Assembly: GCF_006345805.1 (NCBI RefSeq)
Contig: NW_021830219.1
Location: 1 to 5,009 of the forward strand
Origin: Octopus sinensis
Lineage: Eukaryota
Reading direction: 5' to 3'
DNA length: 5,009 nucleotides
The translations under genes and the position numbers were made by a program. The notes beneath the pieces were generated by a model. It saw only the letters and a program-made list of their open reading frames with translations. It was not told the DNA's origin and did no database searches. Positions 1 to 4,848 of this stretch are shown one piece after another (position 1 is the first letter of the stretch; each line of letters opens with the position of its first letter).

Positions 1-146
1 GCGGCGAGCTGGCAGAGTCGTTAGCATGCCGGGCGAAATGCTTAGCGGTATTTCGTCTGCCGTTACGTTCTGAGTTCGACTTAATACCTATGTCTGTCCT
101 TGTTTGTGCCTTCTATGTTTAGCTCCTTGTGGGTAGTAAAGAAATA
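1..146 (+). mobile_element. tRNA-derived SINE, family 1 (tentatively Octopus OR2-like), type-A tail, 84-bp internal deletion; first base(s) probably cut by the window edge
   Basis: Head gcggcgagctggcagagtcg with A-box-like TGGCAGAGTCG at 10-20. Positions 47-77 and 78-146 align to 147-177 and 262-330 of the next unit, so the equivalent of 178-261 is missing. Same head as the copies at 2309, 3152 and 4845. The family name is from memory. Confidence 0.9.
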
Positions 147-330
147 GGTATTTCGTCTGTCGTTACGTTGTGAGTTCAAATTCCGCCAAGATTGACTTTG
201 CCTTTCATCCTTTCGGGGTCGATAAATTAAGTACCAGTTTCGCACTGGGGTCGATGTAATCGACTTAATCCGTTTGTCTGTCCTTGTTTGTCCCCTCTGT
301 GTTTAGCCCCTTGTGGGTAGTAAAGAAATA
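147..330 (+). mobile_element. Family-1 SINE, second tandem unit lacking the 5' head (A box), type-A tail
   Basis: Starts at ggtatttcgtctg immediately after the tail gtagtaaagaaata of unit 1. Has B-box-like GAGTTCAAATTCC (172-184), the central ctttgcctttcatcctttcggggtcgataaattaagtaccag and a tail ending at 330. 171/184 identical, without gaps, to the reverse complement of 2922-3105. Confidence 0.92.
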
Positions 331-547
331 TATATTACCTACTGCAGTGCCACCCAACTAGGATTCCAGAAAACAGTCGGTGTCAACGAGAAATAATGAT
401 AAATATACTAATTACACGCTAATTATATGCTGTTCCATATTTTCTGCCATTGTTGCGTTTAATTCTATGTTCGTATTCTATCATAGAAGTACAGCATGAT
501 CTCTGAGGTAGGGAAACCCTAGCATCTATAGATAAATTGGAGATCCT

Positions 548-561
548 ACGGAGGGAAAATA
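548..561 (+). repeat. Left target-site duplication of the SINE at 564-820 (partner 821-833)
   Basis: acggagggaaaata (548-561) versus acggagggaaata (821-833): 11 bp perfect, then a 1-nt indel in the A run. Confidence 0.85.
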
Positions 562-563
562 GT

Positions 564-820
564 GGAGGCACATGGCCTAGTGGTTAGAGCAGCGGACTCG
601 CGGTCGAGGGCTCGCGGGTTCGAATCTCAGACCGGGCGATGTGTGTGTTTATGAGCGAAAATACCTAAGCTCCACGCGGCTCCGACAGAAGGTAATGGCG
701 AACCTCTGCTGACTCTTTCGCCACAACTTTCTCTCACTCTTTCCTCCTGCATCTTGCAGCTCACCTTCGACGGACCGGCGTCCCGTCCAGGTGAGCCAGA
801 CATGGCTCGAGAAGGCACAA
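564..820 (+). mobile_element. tRNA-Arg-like SINE (tentatively Octopus OR1-like) with target-site duplication
   Basis: A box TGGCCTAGTGG (573-583) and B box GGTTCGAATC (617-626). The head ggcctagtggttagagcagcggactcgcggtc resembles tRNA-Arg(TCG) but lacks a full cloverleaf. Body includes gacggaccggcgtcccgtccagg and ends ggctcgagaaggcacaa. Flanked by acggagggaaa(a)ta at 548-561 and 821-833. Confidence 0.85.
573..626 (+). promoter_or_regulatory. Internal RNA polymerase III type-2 promoter (A box 573-583, B box 617-626) of the SINE
   Basis: Matches TRGCNNARYGG and GGTTCRANNC with tRNA-like spacing. Activity cannot be judged from sequence. Confidence 0.75.
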
Positions 821-961
821 ACGGAGGGAAATAACGACCTCTTCATAAGGAGAATTAGGACTTAAAAACGGTCTTCTTCCAGACGAAATCTCTCACTCTC
901 TGTAGTGCCCAATGGATATAGCACTACCAAGCCTCTGTTTTATGATTTGTTTAACTAATCA

Positions 962-1390
962 CTTACCCTTACTCTCTCTTTACTCTTTTACTTGTTTCAG
1001 TCATTTGACTGTGGCCATGCTGGAGCACCGCCTTTTGTCGAGCAGATCGACCCCAGGACTTATTCTTTGTAAGCCTAGTTCTTATTCTATCGGTCTCTTT
1101 TGCCGAACCGCTAAGTTACATGGACGTAAACACACCAGCACCGGTTGTCAAGCGATGTTGGGGGAACAAACACAGACACACAAACATATACACACACACA
1201 TACATACATATATATATACATATATACGACGGACTTCTTTCAGTTTCCGTCTACCAAATCTACTCACAAGGCTTTGGTCGGCCCGAGGCTATAGTAGAAG
1301 ACACTTGCCCAAGGTGCCACGCAGTAGGACTGAACCCGGAACCATGTGGCTGGTAAGCAAGCTACTTACCACACAGCCCACTCCTACGCT
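962..1390 (-). mobile_element. tRNA-derived SINE with internal microsatellite and CORE-like segment (tentatively Octopus OK-like), near full length
   Basis: Minus strand reads agcgtaggagtgggctgtgtggtaag (A-box-like), ggttcagtcc (B-box-like, 1327-1336), ggcaccttgggcaagtgtcttc (resembles the 5' part of the CORE domain, CCTTGGGCAAGT), an internal (TA)/(TG) tract, then ggcggtgctccagcatggccacagtcaaatgactgaaacaagtaaaagagtaaagag with a short gagtaa-type repeated tail. No clean TSD found. Confidence 0.88.
1168..1226. repeat. Compound (AC)n/(ACAT)n/(AT)n microsatellite inside the SINE body
   Basis: aaacacagacacacaaacatatacacacacacatacatacatatatatatacatatata, read directly. Confidence 0.9.
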
Positions 1391-1574
1391 TATAAAATTT
1401 AACTTTACGAAAGAAAAAGAAATGGATTGATAAGTATATATAGTAATATTTATGTAGGGATTCTTTGGGTCAAGAAATGTTTGTCAAGGGTTCTGCAAGA
1501 GTACAAAGATTAGGAAACGCCGATCTAATGTGTTCTTTCTAGTTATTGTTGTGGCTATTTTTGTTATTTGGCTC

Positions 1575-1778
1575 CAGATCAGTCTTAATCTCGCAGATCT
1601 TTAATCAATACGTTCCAGCCATGACTATCCCATCTATCGTTCAGATAGTGTATCAAGAACTATAGAATCCACTGTGTCACTTCTTACTGTTGTTATTATT
1701 GTCTTTCAGGTTAATTCTGATCCAATTGACCCATGATCAAATGGCTTCCGACCGTGACCATTCCATCCTTTTTTCAGA
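1575..1778 (+). repeat. Two degenerate copies (1575-1645 and 1707-1778) of a ~70-bp motif, probably remnants of an old interspersed repeat
   Basis: Hand alignment gives 44/72 identity with one gap; shared blocks are atcaa, ttcc, tgac, ccatc and ttcaga. Confidence 0.5.
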
Positions 1779-1900
1779 CATCATACATCATCAGAAACAT
1801 TTTACAATATTTCCTTACTTTTCTTCGAGATCATAGCATGTGAATTACAGCTCAATTGAAATTTCTATCTTGCTAAGTGACCCGAGCTGTTAAAACACAT

Positions 1901-1980
1901 ATACTAGGGTCTCATTTAACTGTTTATCCCTGTATCGCTTTTCAAATGTATTTTATGCCTATGTTAGAAATCATCATTTT
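1901..1980 (+). mobile_element. Very degraded 3' remnant of a family-1 SINE (type-B tail)
   Basis: actagggtc resembles actggggtc, and ttatgcctatgttagaaatcatcatt resembles the tail ttgtgcctttagtagaaaggattatt of the copy at 4849-4983. Confidence 0.4.
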
Positions 1981-2037
1981 TTCACGTCAATTCTATCATC
2001 TTGTTTTCCTCTTTCTCTTTATTACTTAGTCCACGGA

Positions 2038-2290
2038 GGCCGGTGGATTGGCAGAATCAGTACAGCGGCGGACAAAATGCCTTGTGAGGTTTAGTTCTAT
2101 CCCTCATTTTGTAATGATTTCAAACCCCGCTGGGTTTCATTTTGTAACTTAAGTTTTCTTTTCGTGGTGGCTGCGGCGATCGTCAAATTAAAATAACAGT
2201 CAAGTACTGAGATTGATATAATCGTCTATAACCTTCCTTTCCTGCCCAAATGTGGCGACCCCTGGGGCTTATGTTAGACAATATAGTTAT
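2038..2290 (+). mobile_element. Old, diverged family-1 SINE copy
   Basis: Head ggccggtggattggcagaatc and ggacaaaatgccttgtg, B-box remnant atttcaaacccc, cagtcaagtactgagattgatataatcg (compare ccagt..actggggtcgatgtaatcg) and tail ttatgttagacaat. Confidence 0.7.
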
Positions 2291-2308
2291 TAGTAGTAAG
2301 ATAGTAAA

Positions 2309-2522
2309 GGCGGCGTGCTGGCAGAATCGTTTGCACGCTAGACAAAAATGATTAGTGGCATTTCGTCTGTCTTTGCATTTTGAGTTCAAATTCGGCATGG
2401 TCGCCCTTACCTTATATCATTCGGGGTCCATAAAATATGCACCAATCAATACCGAAGGGTCAATGTAATCGACTAGCCCCTCCAAAATTCCAGGCTTTGT
2501 ACCTGTAGTAGAAAGAATTATT
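2309..2522 (+). mobile_element. Family-1 SINE, moderately diverged, type-B tail
   Basis: Head ggcggcgtgctggcagaatcg, B box gagttcaaattc, cattcggggtccataaaat, gtcaatgtaatcgac and tail cccctccaaaattccaggctttgtacctgtagtagaaagaattatt. Confidence 0.88.
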
Positions 2523-2588
2523 AGTGAAAGTGGTAGAACTGGTAGACTGTTTCCCACAGTGGATGTGGCAGAATTGGTATAATGTTTA

Positions 2589-2610
2589 GATTTGGATTTG
2601 GATTTGGATT
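2589..2610. repeat. (GATTTG)3 plus GATT hexanucleotide repeat
   Basis: gatttggatttggatttggatt, read directly. Confidence 0.8.
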
Positions 2611-2745
2611 GTTCAATCCACTGCAGGACGAGAGGCCCAGCTTTTTCTTTCCTCCAGAGAATAGCTTCAGATCATTCTAGTATGATGAGACCACTCCGTC
2701 ACATATCACATAAGCTCGACATAGCTTGGCAAAAGGATGCAGCTT

Positions 2746-2765
2746 TTGTTGTTGCTGTTGTTGTT
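2746..2765. repeat. Imperfect (TTG)n microsatellite, possibly the (CAA)n tail of the minus-strand SINE to its right
   Basis: ttgttgttgctgttgttgtt, read directly. The tail role is inferred from position. Confidence 0.65.
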
Positions 2766-2787
2766 TTGTACTCGTACCCAGGAATAG

Positions 2788-2921
2788 TTAAGTCGATTAC
2801 ATCGACACCAGCGCTCGGCTGCCCTTATGAAAGGAAAAGCTGACCTTGGCAGAATTTGAACTAAGGACGAAAAGACGGACGAAATGACGCTAAGCACTTT
2901 GCCTGACATGGTAAGAATTCT
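2788..2921 (-). mobile_element. Older family-1 SINE (host), interrupted in its head by a nested insertion; remaining 5' bases at about 3256-3265
   Basis: Plus strand aagtcgattacatcgac...gaatttgaact...gacgaaatgacgctaagcactttgcctgacatggtaagaattct matches the reverse complement of the family head (cgctaagcatttcgcccggcatgctaacgattctgcc). It has a ~20-25-bp internal deletion near 2820. Confidence 0.82.
2907..2921 (+). repeat. 15-bp target-site duplication, left copy (partner 3241-3255)
   Basis: catggtaagaattct is identical at 2907-2921 and 3241-3255; the flanking bases differ on both sides. Confidence 0.9.
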
Positions 2922-3152
2922 TATTTGTTTATTGCCCACAAGGGGCTAAACATAGAGGGGACAAACAAGGACAGACAAACGGATTAAGTCGATTACATCG
3001 ACCCCAGTGCGTAACTGGTACTTAATTTATCGACCCCGAAAGGATGAAAGGCAAAGTCGACCTCGGCGGAATTTGAACTCAAAACTTAATGGCAGACGAA
3101 ATACGGCTACGCATTTTGCACGGCGTGCTAACGTTTCTGCCAGATCGATGCC
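2922..3152 (-). mobile_element. Young full-length family-1 SINE, type-A tail
   Basis: Minus strand: ggcatcgatctggcagaaacgttagcacgccg...gagttcaaattccgccgaggtcgactttgcctttcatcc...ccttgtgggcaataaacaaata. About 93% identical to 147-330 over 184 bp. Confidence 0.95.
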
Positions 3153-3240
3153 TTAAAACATTGGTTTCGAATTTTGGCAACAAGGCCAGCAGATTTAGGG
3201 GCGAGGCTGAGTCGATCAAATCGACCCCAGTGTTCACTGC
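3153..3240 (-). mobile_element. 3' fragment of a family-1 SINE with type-B tail, lying 5' of the full copy and inside the same TSD
   Basis: Minus strand: gcagtgaacactggggtcgatttgatcgactcagcctcgcccctaaatctgctggccttgttgccaaaattcgaaaccaatgttttaa. Confidence 0.82.
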
Positions 3241-3293
3241 CATGGTAAGAATTCTGTTAAGCCAGTGTTTCAGATAATGATTGTGCTAGGAAT

Positions 3294-3458
3294 GGCAGTG
3301 AAAGAACTGGTAATGTGTTTTACAAAATGCCTTGTGGTATTTTCTTGCGTTTCTTTACGTTGTGAGTTCCAACCATGCAACGGCAGACATTGATTTCCTC
3401 TTTCTCTGATGGGTGGGAATCGCCAGAATAAAGTACCGGTCAAGCAGTTTGGTCAATA
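3294..3458 (+). mobile_element. Old, diverged family-1-related SINE, 3'-truncated
   Basis: acaaaatgccttgtggtattt, ctttacgttgtgagttcc and aataaagtaccggtcaagcagtttggtcaat occur in the same order as in the young copies. Confidence 0.7.
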
Positions 3459-3633
3459 AAAGAAATTCTTCTTCATTGAAGTATGAGGCCCAATAGGCAA
3501 TGATGTATCACCCAAAGAATAGAAAATATTGTCCAAAGATCGGGAAATAGGGATAAGCCGAATGTGGGAACTAAAGACAGAAATTATTCGTTAGTAATGT
3601 TGAAAAAAAATGACACGCAGATAAATACATAAC

Positions 3634-3860
3634 TAAAAACCCCAGAACAAACAAATATGTTGGTTGGGTCACGTATACAGGATGGACAACAACGGACTCC
3701 TCAGACAAATCCTTTATCTCCAACTACGCAAGGGGAACAGAAACCATAGATCTGGACTGAAATTCAAAGATACCAGGGAAAGGAACATGAAGTGGAAAGA
3801 AAGTGAACATAATAAATGGCAAACTGAAGTAAAAACTCACCAGTATGGAGAAAGCTTATC
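3634..3860 (+). mobile_element. Decayed non-LTR retrotransposon fragment: C-terminal region of an RTE-clade LINE ORF, downstream of the RT domain
   Basis: Frame reads KPQNKQICWLGHVYRMDNNGLLRQILYLQLRKGNRNHRSGLKFKDTRERNMKWKESEHNKW, matching the RTE pattern WLGHVxRMxxxRLPKQILYxxLxxGxRxxGxxxxxFKD..W. In-frame stops lie just upstream (3622-3624, 3634-3636). The ORF track start at 3664 is a TTG (Leu) codon, not a real start. Confidence 0.85.
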
Positions 3861-3961
3861 AAGTCATGTCATAGCCGCGAACAGTTATAGTCGCGGTGGT
3901 TGAATGCAGATAGATTTTACAAATGTACACAGCATAGAAATATTACGTAAAGTGCTTTGAA

Positions 3962-4429
3962 GGATCTTTTCGGTTTGACCGGCAGTTTTTAACATAATTT
4001 CTAGGTAACTAAAAAATGTTAAACTTCGTATACTGGTAGAATGTGTTTATAAAACATCTTTTTCTCTTGGCTTTATTGAAAAAAATCTATAGTTTGTAAG
4101 ATATTCGGTCTTTAAATTCTTGCATTTCGGCAATTTCAACCAATCAATGACCGTCTATTGAGGTGAAAATATTCTGTGCCGTATGAATATGTCCCTCGTT
4201 TAAGAAACAGATTGGGTTTATTTACATTTGTGAAGAAAAAAAGATACCCTTCCCCCCACCCCTAACCCTAACTAACCCTAACCTAAAACAGATTGAAATG
4301 CAATAGATCGATACTAGGGTCACAAAACCCAAAACAAAGCACTGCGTACACCCAAGGCACACAGAGTTGCACTCGGTACAGCAGTGTAATAGTATTGGAG
4401 TACTAGGGGTCGTAAAATAAATGGCTTCC
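3962..4429. mobile_element. Probable non-autonomous DNA transposon (GG...CC termini, TGAA/TTAA flanks, Kolobok-like rule), non-coding; right boundary uncertain
   Basis: Begins ggatcttttcggtttgaccggcagttttt after tgaa (3958-3961) and can be ended at ...aaatggcttcc before ttaa (4430-4433). AT-rich body with telomere-like repeats. I recall 3962 to ~4322 as an abundant octopus repeat (unverified). The two ends share only gga. Confidence 0.55.
4259..4286 (-). repeat. Interstitial telomere-like (TTAGGG)-type repeats, imperfect
   Basis: Plus strand cccctaaccctaactaaccctaacctaa; minus strand TTAGG TTAGGG TTAG TTAGGG TTAGGGG. Confidence 0.85.
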
Positions 4430-4553
4430 TTAACAAAAAAAAATGGGTAAACATAACATTACGAAGAATAAGCGGTCCTACCTTAGTTCACTGGTAGTGA
4501 ACAGCTGACACCGTAGTACATCTCTAGTGTTAGAAGCTGTGCAAAGACAATGC

Positions 4554-4606
<53 letters not shown>
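4554..4606. repeat. Perfect (AAT)17 microsatellite
   Basis: 17 AAT units plus AA, counted directly. Confidence 0.97.
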
Positions 4607-4647
4607 GGAGGAGGTGATGAGGGGGAGGAGGAAGGAGAGGAGGAGGA
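4607..4647. repeat. Imperfect (GGA)n purine-rich tract
   Basis: ggaggaggtgatgagggggaggaggaaggagaggaggagga; no pyrimidine in 4620-4647. Confidence 0.85.
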
Positions 4648-4650
4648 CAG

Positions 4651-4845
4651 TTCTTTTTACTATATTTTGGGAACGAAGATAGTCGGTTACATCGACCCAG
4701 TGCGTAACTGGTACTTATTTCATCGACCCTGGAAAGATGAAAGGTAAAGCCGACCTCGGTGGAATTTGAACTCAGACCATAAATACGGAAGAAATGCCGC
4801 TAAGCATTTTGCCCCGCATGCTAACGATTCTGCCAGCTCACCGCC
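4651..4845 (-). mobile_element. Family-1 SINE with intact head and shortened type-B tail
   Basis: Minus strand: ggcggtgagctggcagaatcgttagcatgcggggcaaaatgcttagcggc...gagttcaaattccaccgaggtcggctttacctttcatc...gtcgatgtaaccgactatcttcgttcccaaaatatagtaaaaagaa. Confidence 0.92.
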
Positions 4846-4848
4846 ATA

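Noticed and set aside
217-264. Recurring ggggtcgat motifs suggesting a CRISPR array or recombination sites
   Set aside because: They are internal parts of dispersed SINE copies with irregular spacing, in eukaryotic DNA with no cas or recombinase gene.
564-636. Possible tRNA-Arg gene
   Set aside because: A and B boxes are present, but the acceptor and anticodon stems do not close properly, and the sequence continues into a SINE body bounded by a TSD.
627-846. Two minus-strand ORFs of 63 and 65 aa
   Set aside because: Both are antisense to the tRNA-Arg-like SINE and show no protein motif.
902-927. gtagtgc/gcactac 7-bp inverted repeat with a 12-nt loop
   Set aside because: Isolated short stem with no supporting context; expected by chance in 5 kb.
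941-1404. Possible TSD (tttaact) around the microsatellite-bearing SINE
   Set aside because: Only 7 bp, AT-rich, and not flush with either boundary.
912-1430. 172-aa ORF, the longest in the window
   Set aside because: It runs antisense through a SINE and its microsatellite (HTHIHTYIYTYI is translated repeat), with no recognisable domain. The same applies to 1120-1356.
1683-1710. Splice-acceptor-like signal (cttac ... tgtctttcag|G)
   Set aside because: No convincing donor or meaningful reading frame follows, it overlaps a repeat remnant, and such motifs are common in T-rich DNA.
2287-2525. ttattagt on both sides of the SINE at 2309-2522 as a possible TSD
   Set aside because: The left copy is 14 bp from the head, and the motif is similar to the normal family tail, so two adjacent tails explain it.
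2530-2626. tggtaga direct repeat, A-box-like tggcagaattgg, and the tggattg-tt-caatcca palindrome
   Set aside because: Short and low-complexity, with no B box or SINE body following. The palindrome partly derives from the GATTTG repeat.
2183-3277. ORFs 2183-2398, 2592-2843, 2706-2939 and 3089-3277
   Set aside because: They lie wholly or partly in SINE copies and simple repeats, mostly use non-ATG starts, and show no family resemblance.
4259-4286. True telomere or chromosome-fusion scar
   Set aside because: Only about four imperfect units, embedded in a probable transposon, with no head-to-head inversion of the repeats.
3951-4343. agtgctttg (3951-3959) / caaagcact (4335-4343) 9-bp inverted repeat as alternative transposon termini
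   Set aside because: Too short, and it does not coincide with the GG terminus or any target duplication.
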